Source: Acidimicrobiia bacterium (GTDB lineage Bacteria > Actinomycetota > Acidimicrobiia > Spongiisociales > ZC4RG35). From it: 64,000 nucleotides of DNA. The notes beneath the pieces were generated by a model. It saw only the letters and a list, made by a program, of their open reading frames with translations. It ran no database searches and had not been told where the DNA came from. The DNA lies in NCBI GenBank assembly GCA_965203555.1, contig CBDBCY010000004.1, positions 1,344,001 to 1,408,000 of the forward strand, read 5' to 3'. Made by a program: the position numbers and the translations under genes. Below are positions 1 through 9,763 of this stretch, piece by piece (the stretch's first letter is position 1; each line of letters starts with the position of its first letter).

Positions 1-825
1 GATCATTCCCCCGGGGAAGAAGGAAGTCCACCAGTGTCCCGCATCAATGTCCCGGGCGCCCTCGCTGACCATCACACCCCACTCGGCGGTCGGCGGTTTT
101 ATGCCCACCCCGAGAAACGCCAGACCCGACACGGTGAGGATGGCCCAGCCGGCCACCAGGGTGGCTGTCACCAGGGAGGGCTGCAGGGAGTTGGGAAGGA
201 CATGCAGGAATGCCACCCGTGCCGACCGGTTGCCGGCCAGTTTGGCCCCGTCCACGTATTCGAGTTCCCGTTCCGAGAGCGCCTGGGCGCGGGTAAGCCG
301 GATGAAGTAGGGGACGAACGCCGCGGTGACCGCTATCCCGACGTTGAGCGTGCTGTTGCCGAGCACCGCCACCAGGATCAGAGCGAGCACGAACCCGGGA
401 AAGGCCAGCACGATGTCGGTCAATCGCATCAGGGTCTCGTCGACGGCGCCTCCCCAGTAACCGGCCACCACACCGATCGCCGAACCGACAACCATCGCGC
501 AAATGGCTATCAGGATGCCCAGGGTCAGGTCGAGTCGGGCGCTGTGAACGGCCCTGGCGAAGACATCGCGTCCGAAGTTATCGGTTCCCATGGGATGCTC
601 CAGGGAGGGGGGAAGCAGCGCATTCGCCGGATCGGTGGCCACCGGATCGGCCACGAAGAAGGGACCGACGGCAGCCAGCAGGATGTAGGCAGCCAGGATC
701 ACCATCCCCACCACCGCCAGGGGCTTGCGGGACGCCAGCGGAAGGACTTGGGCGCGGCTGTCGATGCGGGGAGGAACGAAACGCTCCCGACCGCCGGTAC
801 GGGCCGGATCGGACACCGGGCTCAT
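1..825 (-). CDS. Peptide/nickel ABC transporter permease (DppC/OppC-like), 3' end runs off the window
   Basis: Not in the ORF track. Manual translation from ATG at 825 (ATGA overlap with the upstream stop at 822-824) gives HPMGTDNFGRDVF...GYWGGAVDETLMRLTDIVLAFPG, the DppC signature. Confidence 0.9.
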   Translation of the reverse strand, partial: MSPVSDPARTGGRERFVPPRIDSRAQVLPLASRKPLAVVGMVILAAYILLAAVGPFFVADPVATDPANALLPPSLEHPMGTDNFGRDVFARAVHSARLDLTLGILIAICAMVVGSAIGVVAGYWGGAVDETLMRLTDIVLAFPGFVLALILVAVLGNSTLNVGIAVTAAFVPYFIRLTRAQALSERELEYVDGAKLAGNRSARVAFLHVLPNSLQPSLVTATLVAGWAILTVSGLAFLGVGIKPPTAEWGVMVSEGARDIDAGHWWTSFFPGGMI

Positions 826-1847
826 GCCACCACCTTCTGTCCCAACTTGATACGGGGGTCGATCCAGCTGTATACGAAGTCGATGACAACGTTGAGGACG
901 ATGTAGAGCAGCCCCACGGTGATCACGAAACCTTGAAGAGCCTCCAGATCGTTGACCCGTAGCGCCTCGTAGGCGTACCGGCCGACACCCGGCCAGGCAA
1001 AGATCAACTCGACGATGATGTTCCCTCCCAGCATGTATCCGAAGATGATGCCGATGGCTGTCGTCACCGGGATGAGGGCGTTGCGGAAACCGTCCCGGAA
1101 CAGCACCTCCCGCCCCCGAACCCCCAGTGCTCGGGCGGTGCGAACGTACTCGCTGTCGAGAACTTCGATCATCGAGGAGCGAACGATCTTGATGATGGGC
1201 GCCGACAGGACGAATCCCACGGTAATGGCCGGCAGGGCGAGGTAGCGGAAAGCCTCCCACATGAGACCCCAATTCCCCGCCAGAGCGGCGTCGACGGTGA
1301 AAAACCCGGTGACGGTGTCAGGCGGTTGGGTGATGATGGCCAGCCTTCCGACCGGGCCCGGAAACCAGCCGAGCTTGAAGAAGAACACGAAAGTCAGCAT
1401 CAGACCCAGCCAGAAGAACGCCATGGATGATCCGAGCACCGCCACCACTCGCGCCACCCTATCGATCCAGGTGTCCCGCCGGGCGGCTGCCGTGATGCCG
1501 ATCGGAACTCCGGCCAGAACCGCCAGTAGGACCGCGTAGAAGGCAAGTTCCAGGGAAGCGGGCAACCGGATGAGCAGTTCCTCGGTGACCTTGCCGCCCG
1601 TTCTGATCGAGGTCCCCAAGTCACCGGTGACCGCATTCCGCGCATAGTTGACGAACTGCACTCCCACGGGATCGTTCAAACCGAACTGTTCCCTTATCTG
1701 CTCGAGTTTCTCCTCCGACGCGTAGGGGCCGGCACGTACCGCGGCGGCGTCACCGGGCAGGACCCGCATGATGAAGAACACCACCACCACTATGCCGGCC
1801 ACGGTGACCACCGACACCAGCAGTCTTCTTCCCAGATATCTCCACAT
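822..1847 (-). CDS. Peptide/nickel ABC transporter permease (DppB/OppB-like)
   Basis: PGDAA, GDLGTS, EYVRTARALG (EAA loop), VELIFAWPGVG and YSWIDPRI motifs. Confidence 0.95.
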   Translation of the reverse strand: MWRYLGRRLLVSVVTVAGIVVVVFFIMRVLPGDAAAVRAGPYASEEKLEQIREQFGLNDPVGVQFVNYARNAVTGDLGTSIRTGGKVTEELLIRLPASLELAFYAVLLAVLAGVPIGITAAARRDTWIDRVARVVAVLGSSMAFFWLGLMLTFVFFFKLGWFPGPVGRLAIITQPPDTVTGFFTVDAALAGNWGLMWEAFRYLALPAITVGFVLSAPIIKIVRSSMIEVLDSEYVRTARALGVRGREVLFRDGFRNALIPVTTAIGIIFGYMLGGNIIVELIFAWPGVGRYAYEALRVNDLEALQGFVITVGLLYIVLNVVIDFVYSWIDPRIKLGQKVVA

Positions 1848-1867
1848 CCGTCGTGAAATACCCTACC

Positions 1868-1909
1868 GAGAGAGGGCGGGGCCGGGCTCGCCGTCCCCGC
1901 CCAACTCTC
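1868..1909. terminator. GC-rich stem-loop between the substrate-binding and permease genes (attenuator or mRNA stabiliser)
   Basis: GAGAGGGCGGGG...CCCCGCCCAACTCTC imperfect inverted repeat just after the stop of the substrate-binding gene. Confidence 0.55.
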
Positions 1910-1915
1910 ATTGGC

Positions 1916-3718
1916 TTAGCAGTCCGGGATCTTCGACATTTCGGTGAAGACCGGTATCCGGGTGTAGTCCTGCACAACGCCGGTGACGCACTTGTGAGTG
2001 ACCGCCGTCCGATCCGAGGACCACAGCGGCGCCCAAACCGCCTGGTCCAAGAAGATCTGCTGCGCCTGGGAGGAGACGTCCTGGCGAACCGCCGGGTCGG
2101 TGGTGAAGGTGCCCTGCTGGACAAGAGCGTCGTACGCCTCGTTGCAGAAACGGGCGTAGTTGACGAACTGTCCGCACGTGGTCAGGAACCTCATCTGGTA
2201 GAAGGGATCCTCACCCCATGAGAACCAGTCGTGGATGAACAGCGGCAGTTCGTTGGCGTTGATCCGGCCCGAGAAATCACCGTCGGGCAGGATTTGCACG
2301 TCAACCGTGACTCCGACCTGGCGGAGGGCGTCCTGGATCAACACCGCCGCCTCCTGGTCGCCGAGGCGTGATTCGCGCACTCCCAGCACCAGATTCACGT
2401 CACCCAGGCCCGATGCTGCCAGATGCGCACGGGCCGCGTCCAGGTTTTGGCTGAAGTTGGCGCCGATCGAAGAGTCATGGGTCTCCATGTTGGAGGTCAC
2501 AACCCCTGCGGCCGGTGATGCGAATCCGTACATCACGTTGTCGATCAGCGCCTGATAGGGTACGGCGCTGACGATGGCCTGACGCAGATGGAGGTTGTCC
2601 ATCGGCGCGATGGTCTGGTTCATGGCCAGGTAGTGGACGCCGGTGGTCTGACTCGCCCAGATGGTGACATTCGGGTCATCCGCCAGAACCGCCAGCAGCT
2701 TGGGCGGGATCCCCGTAGCCACGTCTATCTCACCGGCCGAGATCAGGCGCGCCTTTTCATTGGCGTCGGGGATCGGCCTGATGATGACACCTGCATTTGG
2801 CAGATTCCCTGCGTTCCAATAGCCGGGATTGGGTTCGAGCACCACTTCATTGTCCGGGTCGAACTTGGCCACGTAGTAGGGTCCCGATCCGCCGCCCTTG
2901 TCGTTGTAGTAGGCAAAGGCCCACGGATCATCCTCGGTGGCGTTGGCGTCGGCCTCGGCCCGGTTCATCGCTCCGAACACCTGGAAGGTGAGGAACCTGC
3001 GGAACAGGGGACTCTGAACGGTGGTCTCCACCTCGAAGGTGTAATCGTCGATCACCCTGATCTGGTCGGTGCTCGAAATGCCCACGAACGGAAGCAGCAG
3101 TCCTATGTATCCGGGACCTTCGATGGAACGGTCGAACACGTATTTGTAATCGTTGGCGGTCACCGGAGTGCCGTCGGCGAAGGTCTGTCCCTGGCGGATC
3201 GTGAAGCTGGCCAGGAAACCGCCATCGGCCGTTTCCTGGATGTCGAAAGACTCGGCGCCGGCGCCGACATGGTCGACGAACGACCCTTGCAACAAACCGT
3301 TGGGCTGTTCCTCCAGGACCTGTTTGATCAGAGGCTCGTAGACCGCGTTGGTAACCGCATAGGCGGAGGTGGTGCGGAAGGTGTGCAACTCGATCAGGTT
3401 GGGTGTGTCAGCCAGTGAAGCCACTATCACCGGCTTATCAACGATCACTTCCATTTCCTCGGCGGCGGTCGTGGCCGGCGCCTCATCCATCTCCTCAGCG
3501 GCGGTCGTGGTGGGCGCCTCGTCCATCTCCTCAGCGGCGGTCGTAGCCGGCGCCTCATCCATCTCCTCGGCGGCGGTCGTAGCCGGCGCCTCTTGGGCCG
3601 CGGTCGTGGTCGCAGCGGGCTCCTCCTCGTCAGCTGCGCACGCCGCCGCCGCCAGAGCCAAGGCGAGCAGGATTGCTATCCCCTTCGCTTGAAGCCGCCA
3701 TAGTCGTGTGTTTCGCAC
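1916..3718 (-). CDS. ABC transporter substrate-binding lipoprotein, SBP family 5 (DppA-like)
   Basis: Lipobox LAAAAC, FADGTPVTANDY and GSGPYY motifs; GGAGG Shine-Dalgarno before the GTG start. Confidence 0.93.
   Translation of the reverse strand: MRNTRLWRLQAKGIAILLALALAAAACAADEEEPAATTTAAQEAPATTAAEEMDEAPATTAAEEMDEAPTTTAAEEMDEAPATTAAEEMEVIVDKPVIVASLADTPNLIELHTFRTTSAYAVTNAVYEPLIKQVLEEQPNGLLQGSFVDHVGAGAESFDIQETADGGFLASFTIRQGQTFADGTPVTANDYKYVFDRSIEGPGYIGLLLPFVGISSTDQIRVIDDYTFEVETTVQSPLFRRFLTFQVFGAMNRAEADANATEDDPWAFAYYNDKGGGSGPYYVAKFDPDNEVVLEPNPGYWNAGNLPNAGVIIRPIPDANEKARLISAGEIDVATGIPPKLLAVLADDPNVTIWASQTTGVHYLAMNQTIAPMDNLHLRQAIVSAVPYQALIDNVMYGFASPAAGVVTSNMETHDSSIGANFSQNLDAARAHLAASGLGDVNLVLGVRESRLGDQEAAVLIQDALRQVGVTVDVQILPDGDFSGRINANELPLFIHDWFSWGEDPFYQMRFLTTCGQFVNYARFCNEAYDALVQQGTFTTDPAVRQDVSSQAQQIFLDQAVWAPLWSSDRTAVTHKCVTGVVQDYTRIPVFTEMSKIPDC
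3451..3594 (-). repeat. 4 x 36-bp intragenic tandem repeat encoding EAPATTAAEEMD
   Basis: Near-identical units start at 3451, 3487, 3523 and 3559. Confidence 0.95.
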
Positions 3719-3852
3719 GAGAAACCTCCTTTTTATTTGTCAAGTGATTGGATGTCTGGGCTGTCTGTCTAATTTCCTTCTTTTCTTCCAAAATGCAGAG
3801 GGGTAGCAACGACCGGATCAAGGTGACCCCATGAAGTACAACGGATCTGCTC

Positions 3853-3873
3853 GTGGCATCCGTTGAATGCCAC
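3853..3873. promoter_or_regulatory. Palindromic candidate operator GTGGCAT-N7-ATGCCAC upstream of the ABC operon
   Basis: Perfect 7-bp inverted repeat in the intergenic region. Confidence 0.45.
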
Positions 3874-4139
3874 CTAGGCTACCCCCGGATCAGTCCCGAA
3901 CCGGGCTGAGAGCGAGGTTTTCTACCAGGCGGACACCGATTTGTGGTGGGCATGCAAACACTTTCTACCACGTGGCCCGATGGCTCGATTCAGGTTGCCG
4001 ATGGTGCAGCCGTCGTGACCGGCGACTGCGCACCTGGGAGACGGCTCCTCGTCGCCACCCTCCACTGCCCGGTCTCGCTCAGCGGTCGAAATATCGACTG
4101 CCCTCCCGGGTGCGATGTCAATCCAGGTCAACTTCGCGA

Positions 4140-5690
4140 TCAGGCTGACAATGCCAGATCTCCGACGGCCTTCATCCTGATCCGGACCGCATTTGAGGGA
4201 AGATAGGCCAGGGGCACCTCCTCGATTTCCACCACCTCCACCGTGGCGGGGTCGGCGCCTGCCACAATCGCCCTGCCCACCGCTTCGGAGCGGGCGGACT
4301 CCAAGGCTTGTTCTCTGTGTATGTCGTCGAGAGAGTAGATCCGGTCAACCTCTCCCCCGACCTGGGCGATCGCCGCTCCGATGGCGTTGGCAACCGCAAA
4401 GTTGGCCGGTCGGATCATCTCCCTGACACCCGGGAGATCATCCTCCAACAGGATGGATCCCCCACCCACCACTATCGCCGCCACCGGGTCGGCGCTGGTT
4501 TTCATTCGGTCAACCGTTCGCGCCACCTCGTGGCGGATCCGGTCCAGCGCCCGTCTCGCCATGTCTCGGTCCACCAGGTTGACGGCACTCCGATCCCCGA
4601 TGGACGCCAGGCCACCGGCAACTGCGATGTCGGTGGCGGTGAGCTCTTTTCCACCGAAAACCAGCGCTTGTTCGTCGAGCCGGTAGCCGACACTCTCCGG
4701 ACCGACCGTCACCTCGTCGCCGTCGCAGGCGACCAGCGAACCCCCGCCGATGCCCAGCGACAGCACGTCGGGCATTCGGAAATTGGTGGCCACCCCACCG
4801 ACCTGAACCACCATGGAGGCCTCCCTGGGAAAACCTCCCACCAGGATTCCCACGTCGGTCGTCGTCCCGCCCACATCTATCACGACGCCGTCCGCAACAC
4901 CGCTCAGAAAGGCGGCGCCCCTCATCGAGTTGGTAGGTCCCGAAGCGAAGGTGGCGACCGGGTAGCGGCGGGCATAGTCCAGCCCCAGCAGGGTCCCGTC
5001 GTTCTGGGTAATGAACACCGGTGCGCGCACCCCGGCCTGGGCCACCACCTCCTCGAAGCCATCGAGCACACGGTCGGCGAGGGGACCCAGCGAGGCATTG
5101 AGAATGGTGGCGTTCTCTCTCTCCAAAAGACCAACCCGTCCTATCTCCCGGGAAAGGGATATTTTCACCCCGGGGAGCTCTTCGGTGAACACCGCGGCAG
5201 CCGCAGTCTCCATCTCGGCCGAGACCGGCGAGAACACCGAGGTCAAGGCCACCGAAGTCACGCCGGCTCCCCCGACCTGCGAAGCGACGCGTCTGAGTTC
5301 GTCTTCGTCGAGCGGGGATATCTCCCGCCCATCGAACTCGTGGCCGCCCCGGCACACATAGGTGTGACCACCCAGGGCCCGGCGCAGACGGTCCGGCCAG
5401 TCGGTCATGGGAGGGATTGCCAGGGTCGCCGGCGCCCCGAGGCGAACGGCGGCGGTGGCCGCCAACTGCCGACCCTCCACGACCGCATTGGTGAAATGGG
5501 TGGTGCCGATCATCACCGCTCGAATCCGGAGGGGATCGACCGTCGAGGAGGCGAGTACCCGGCGAAGCGCCGCGCCGATGCCCGATGAGACATCGGGGGT
5601 GGTGGGGGTCTTGACGGCCGCAACAACCTGGCGGCCAGCCATCAAGACCGCATCGGTGTTGGTGCCTCCGACATCGATGCCGAGGCGCAA
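4140..5690 (-). CDS. Hydantoinase A/oxoprolinase family protein (DUF917-associated short type)
   Basis: GIDVGGTNTD, IGTTHFTNA, SGPTNS, DVGGTTTD and ANAIGAA motifs. Confidence 0.92.
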   Translation of the reverse strand: MRLGIDVGGTNTDAVLMAGRQVVAAVKTPTTPDVSSGIGAALRRVLASSTVDPLRIRAVMIGTTHFTNAVVEGRQLAATAAVRLGAPATLAIPPMTDWPDRLRRALGGHTYVCRGGHEFDGREISPLDEDELRRVASQVGGAGVTSVALTSVFSPVSAEMETAAAAVFTEELPGVKISLSREIGRVGLLERENATILNASLGPLADRVLDGFEEVVAQAGVRAPVFITQNDGTLLGLDYARRYPVATFASGPTNSMRGAAFLSGVADGVVIDVGGTTTDVGILVGGFPREASMVVQVGGVATNFRMPDVLSLGIGGGSLVACDGDEVTVGPESVGYRLDEQALVFGGKELTATDIAVAGGLASIGDRSAVNLVDRDMARRALDRIRHEVARTVDRMKTSADPVAAIVVGGGSILLEDDLPGVREMIRPANFAVANAIGAAIAQVGGEVDRIYSLDDIHREQALESARSEAVGRAIVAGADPATVEVVEIEEVPLAYLPSNAVRIRMKAVGDLALSA

Positions 5691-5692
5691 TG

Positions 5693-7978
5693 TCAGCCTT
5701 CCCGCCGATTGTCCATGGCCACCAGCAACTGCTCCGGATCAATGGGGAGCCGGGTGATGTCGGCGCCGGTGGCGTCCGACACGGCATTGGCGATCGCCGC
5801 CCCGACGGGCACTATGGGCGGTTCGGCCACCCCCTTCGCTCCGAAGGGACCCGCCTCGCATGGATGTTCCAGCACGATGATCTCCACATCGGGGATGTCC
5901 ACGGCCAAGGGCAGCCCGTACGATTCCAGGGTGCGGCGGGTGTAACGACCGTCCCGGCTCTCCAAACCCTCCCACAGGGCGTATCCCATCCCCTGGGCGA
6001 CTCCTCCCTGAATCTGGCCGTACACCCCGTCGGGGTTGATCATCCTCCCCACCTCCTGCGCCACGACATACCGGGTGACCCGGACCGACCCGTCGTCGGG
6101 GTCGACCTCCACCTCGGCAAGATGGACGTGATAGGTGGGGACCGGGAAGACGGGGAATAACAGGCCCTCCGCCGAATCCGGGTCCCACTTGGGCAGGGGA
6201 ACGTTGTAGGTTCCGGTGGCGCTGAGAGGCCCGCCGAGACCGTAGGCCGTCCGGGCCACCGTCGCCAGGGGAACCGACCGGGACGGATCGTCGCGGACGC
6301 AGACGCTGCCTTCGCTCAACTCGAGATCGTCGGGGAGCGCTCCCAAAAGGCCCGATGCGATGTTGAAGAGGCGCGGTTTCAACTGTTTGGCGGCCGCCTC
6401 GACGGCCATTCCCACCACATGGGTGGTCCTGCTCCCCTGGGATCCGGCGTCATAGCCTTGCGTGTCGGTGTCCGGGGAGGTGACGAACACCTGCTCGGCG
6501 TCGAGGCCGAACTGGGCGGCGGCTATCTGGCGGACTCCCATGGTCACCGCCCCGCTTCCGTTCTCGGTGGCGGCGGTGGAGACGCCCAGGGAACCGTCCT
6601 GCTGGATGCTGAGGGTTGCCGAACCGGCCAGTGGGTTGGTCAGCCAGATGACTGCGGCCAACCCAACACCTGTGAGGGGACGCTTCGCTGTCTCGTCCCA
6701 GGGAGCGACCTCCTCCACGCTCTCGAAGGCCTCCCGCAGGATATCGGCGTCTTCCAGGGTCTGACCGTTGAGCATGGAGTCTCCGGACTCAAAGAGGTTG
6801 CGCATCCGGAACTCCCGCCGGTCCATGCCGATCGCCTCCGCCAGACGGTCGGTGTGCCGCTCCAGGGCGAAGCAGACATAGGTCCCGCTGACACCCCGGA
6901 AAGCCCCCGTCGGGGCCGTGTTGGTGTAGACGCTCTTGGCCGTCACCCGGGTGGGGCCCACCCGGTACACCGAGCCCACCATGAACATGGGGATGCTGGT
7001 GAGATAGACGGTGTCCCCCGCGTAGGCGCCGCCGTCCATCAGGCACTCGAACTCCCGGGCAACGATCCGCCCCTGCATCGTCACCCCCGACCGGACCCTG
7101 ATCGTGGCGTTCTCCCGGGACATGCAGGAGACGAGATCCTCCCCCCGGTCGTTGACCAGTTGCACGGTACGTCCCGTCAGCGAGGCGCCAATGGCCGCAT
7201 ACTGCTCGAGCCCGAGATCGAGCCGCGCTCCGAACCCGCCTCCGATGTGATGTCCCACCACCCTGACCCGGGAGTCGGCCACTCCCAGAGCCTGGGCCAC
7301 CCTGCTGCGGGCCAGGAAGGGGTACTGATGGGATACATGCAGGGTCCACCGCCAGCCGTCGTAGGAGGCGGTGGCCGACTTGGGTTCCAGGTAGGCCTGG
7401 TACTGGCGGGGAACCGTGTAGGTGTCCTCCACAATTACATCGGCTGTCTCGAAGGCCTCGTCCACTCCCCCGGGATCGGAGGTCAGCACTCCCCCGCAGT
7501 TTCCGCCTTTCGGCCAGGAAGCGGACCCGGGAATTGTCTCGTAGCGGTCCAAGTCGGGATGCAACAAACGGGCGCCGGGTTGGAGCGCTTCGGCCACGTC
7601 GGAAACCGGTTCCCACTCCTCTATCTCCAATTCGATGGCGTCCACTGCCGACCGGGCCTGCCGGGGCGTGTCGGCCACCACCATGGCGATCGGTTCTCCC
7701 TCGTACAACACCTCGTCATCGGCGAAAAAGGGTGTGTCCAGGAGGACCAGGCCGTTGCGGTGCTTCGGCGCATCGGCGGCTGTCACCACCGCGTGGACTC
7801 CCGGGCTCGAGCGAGCCCTTGTCACATCGAGACTGACGACTCCTCCGGCCGCGACGGGGGAACGTAGCAGCCGGGCATGGAGCATCCCGGCCTCCCGGAA
7901 GTCGACACCGTACATCGCCAGTCCCCGCACCTTGGCGTCAGCGTCCGACCGCGGCGTACCCAGACCTATCGCCGTCAT
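5693..7978 (-). CDS. Xanthine dehydrogenase family molybdopterin-binding (large) subunit
   Basis: IGGGFG, GAFRG, QIQGG and AKGVAEP motifs; start refined to ATG 7978 (ATGA overlap). Confidence 0.93.
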   Translation of the reverse strand: MTAIGLGTPRSDADAKVRGLAMYGVDFREAGMLHARLLRSPVAAGGVVSLDVTRARSSPGVHAVVTAADAPKHRNGLVLLDTPFFADDEVLYEGEPIAMVVADTPRQARSAVDAIELEIEEWEPVSDVAEALQPGARLLHPDLDRYETIPGSASWPKGGNCGGVLTSDPGGVDEAFETADVIVEDTYTVPRQYQAYLEPKSATASYDGWRWTLHVSHQYPFLARSRVAQALGVADSRVRVVGHHIGGGFGARLDLGLEQYAAIGASLTGRTVQLVNDRGEDLVSCMSRENATIRVRSGVTMQGRIVAREFECLMDGGAYAGDTVYLTSIPMFMVGSVYRVGPTRVTAKSVYTNTAPTGAFRGVSGTYVCFALERHTDRLAEAIGMDRREFRMRNLFESGDSMLNGQTLEDADILREAFESVEEVAPWDETAKRPLTGVGLAAVIWLTNPLAGSATLSIQQDGSLGVSTAATENGSGAVTMGVRQIAAAQFGLDAEQVFVTSPDTDTQGYDAGSQGSRTTHVVGMAVEAAAKQLKPRLFNIASGLLGALPDDLELSEGSVCVRDDPSRSVPLATVARTAYGLGGPLSATGTYNVPLPKWDPDSAEGLLFPVFPVPTYHVHLAEVEVDPDDGSVRVTRYVVAQEVGRMINPDGVYGQIQGGVAQGMGYALWEGLESRDGRYTRRTLESYGLPLAVDIPDVEIIVLEHPCEAGPFGAKGVAEPPIVPVGAAIANAVSDATGADITRLPIDPEQLLVAMDNRREG

Positions 7979-8448
7979 GTCCCGCTCTCCCTGACTACAC
8001 AACGGACCGCTTCCCGGATTGCGGTGTACCCGGTGCAGCGGCAAATGTTTCCTGCTATCGCTTCATCGACTTCGCGGTCAGGGGGAGACGGATTGCGATC
8101 GAGCAGCGCCGTCAGGGTCATCAGAAAACCCGGCGTGCAGAAGCCGCATTGCACCGCCGCCCGGTCGACAAAGGCCTGCTGGAGAGGGCTCGGTTCTCCG
8201 TGGGGAGTCGCCAGGCCTTCCACGGTTCTGACCTGGCTGCCCGCGGCCGCCATCGCCGGGAATATGCAGGAATGAACAGGCACCCCGTCGACGAGCACCG
8301 TGCACGCCCCGCACTCTCCCTCGTCACACCCCCGCTTGGCACCGGTCAGGTAGAGGCGGTCCCGAAGCGTGTCCAATAGGACTTCGTCGCCGGAAACATC
8401 CACCGTTCGAGGAGTACCGTTGACCTGAAGAGCCAGCCTCTGGCTCAT
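7975..8448 (-). CDS. Xanthine dehydrogenase family 2Fe-2S (small) subunit
   Basis: GCDEGECGAC, QCGFCTPG and GNICRCTGY; start MSQRL at 8448. Confidence 0.95.
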   Translation of the reverse strand: MSQRLALQVNGTPRTVDVSGDEVLLDTLRDRLYLTGAKRGCDEGECGACTVLVDGVPVHSCIFPAMAAAGSQVRTVEGLATPHGEPSPLQQAFVDRAAVQCGFCTPGFLMTLTALLDRNPSPPDREVDEAIAGNICRCTGYTAIREAVRCVVRESGT

Positions 8449-9305
8449 TGGATCCCCAGGCTGGTGCGGGCGAGGCGGGCGGCCTTTCTGATGAGGCGCC
8501 CGACGAGCATGCCGCGATAGGAAGCCGTGGCCCGCTGGTCGTCGATCGGATCGATCTCGTCTGTCGCCCGTCGCTCGGCAGCGGCCACCGCGCCTTCCTC
8601 GAGAGCAGAACCCACCAACGCCGCTTCGGCACGAAGCAGTCTGAGTGGCGCCGGCGCCACGGAACACACCCCCAGTCGGGCCTTCTCCACCCGGTTGCCG
8701 ACCATGCTGAACCGGGCTGCCAAACCGACCAGGGCAACCTCCATGGCGGTTCTCCGCCCCACTTTGAGATAGGACTCCCAGGTGGCCGCGGGGGGTACGG
8801 GAACTTCGATCCCCAGCAGGAGTTGTCCTGCCGGGAGAGCGGTCCGGCGCCTGTCCAGGAAGAAACGGTTGGCCGGTATCCGAGCGGCGCCGTCCACATC
8901 GGACACCACCATGACGGCGTCGGCCGCCAGGACCGGTGGCGCCAGGTCGGCGGCCGGGGAAGCATTGCACAGGTTGCCTCCCAGGGTGCCGACCGCCTGG
9001 GTCTGCCATCCCCCCACGGTGGCGGCGGCCTCGGCAAACGAAGGCAGATGGGCGGAGATGATCGGATCGGTCATAAGATCCCGGTGGGTGGTCAGGGCGC
9101 CGATCCGGACGATCCCATCCGAGCAGCCAACGCCTCGTAGTTCGCCAATACCCCCGATGTACAGCAGAGACTCGGAACGAGGTAGCTGATCGGTCATGCG
9201 TTGGATCATCACGTCCGTTCCACCGGCCAGCACCCGGAGATCATCCCCTCTGTCCAACAGCAATTCGAGCGCCTCGTCCACAGTATTTGGCGCCAGGAAT
9301 TGCAT
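8445..9305 (-). CDS. Xanthine dehydrogenase family FAD-binding (medium) subunit
   Basis: AGGTD, GTLGGNLCNASPAAD and PIDDQRATASYR; start MQFLAP at 9305. Confidence 0.93.
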   Translation of the reverse strand: MQFLAPNTVDEALELLLDRGDDLRVLAGGTDVMIQRMTDQLPRSESLLYIGGIGELRGVGCSDGIVRIGALTTHRDLMTDPIISAHLPSFAEAAATVGGWQTQAVGTLGGNLCNASPAADLAPPVLAADAVMVVSDVDGAARIPANRFFLDRRRTALPAGQLLLGIEVPVPPAATWESYLKVGRRTAMEVALVGLAARFSMVGNRVEKARLGVCSVAPAPLRLLRAEAALVGSALEEGAVAAAERRATDEIDPIDDQRATASYRGMLVGRLIRKAARLARTSLGIQ

Positions 9306-9422
9306 TGATCTCCACCTCAGAGAATTCGTGGCGAAGTGTACCCAAAGGGCGGCTGTCCCGCCCCCGGGGCCGAGGCGGCGCGGCAAAGAGATTTCTCCAA
9401 AAGCCCTGTTAGGATGCCGGAA

Positions 9423-9725
9423 ATGGCCTCCCAACTCCGTATCTACGATCTTCATCCCGACACGTGGCAGGAGTTCGCCCGAAGGGTCAATGCCGAAATC
9501 GTGCCGATCCGGTTGGACCACGGCTTCCGCCTCGAAGGTCCGTGGCTGGTGGAGGAGACATGCCAGTACGTCTGGATCGTCCACTACGAGGGCGACTTGA
9601 CGTTCGCGGAGGCCGAAGAGCGGTACGAGGCCGATCCCCGCTGGTCCGACCTGACATTCGATCCCAAGGACTACATTCTCGGCGAAGACATCAGAATGCT
9701 AACGCCCCAACCACGCCCTTTCTGA
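9423..9725 (+). CDS. NIPSNAP family protein
   Basis: MASQLRIYDL...HGFRLEGPW...YVWIV...DPRW pattern, about 100 aa. Confidence 0.7.
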   Translation: MASQLRIYDLHPDTWQEFARRVNAEIVPIRLDHGFRLEGPWLVEETCQYVWIVHYEGDLTFAEAEERYEADPRWSDLTFDPKDYILGEDIRMLTPQPRPF

Positions 9726-9763
9726 TGCGGGAATCGGTCCCTTTCACAGGCTGACGGCCTCGG

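Noticed and set aside
3451-3594. 36-bp repeats as CRISPR
   Set aside because: Head-to-tail with no spacers, and in frame within a CDS.
3922-4131. 69-aa ORF downstream of the hydantoinase-like gene
   Set aside because: TTG start, no clear Shine-Dalgarno and no recognisable family.
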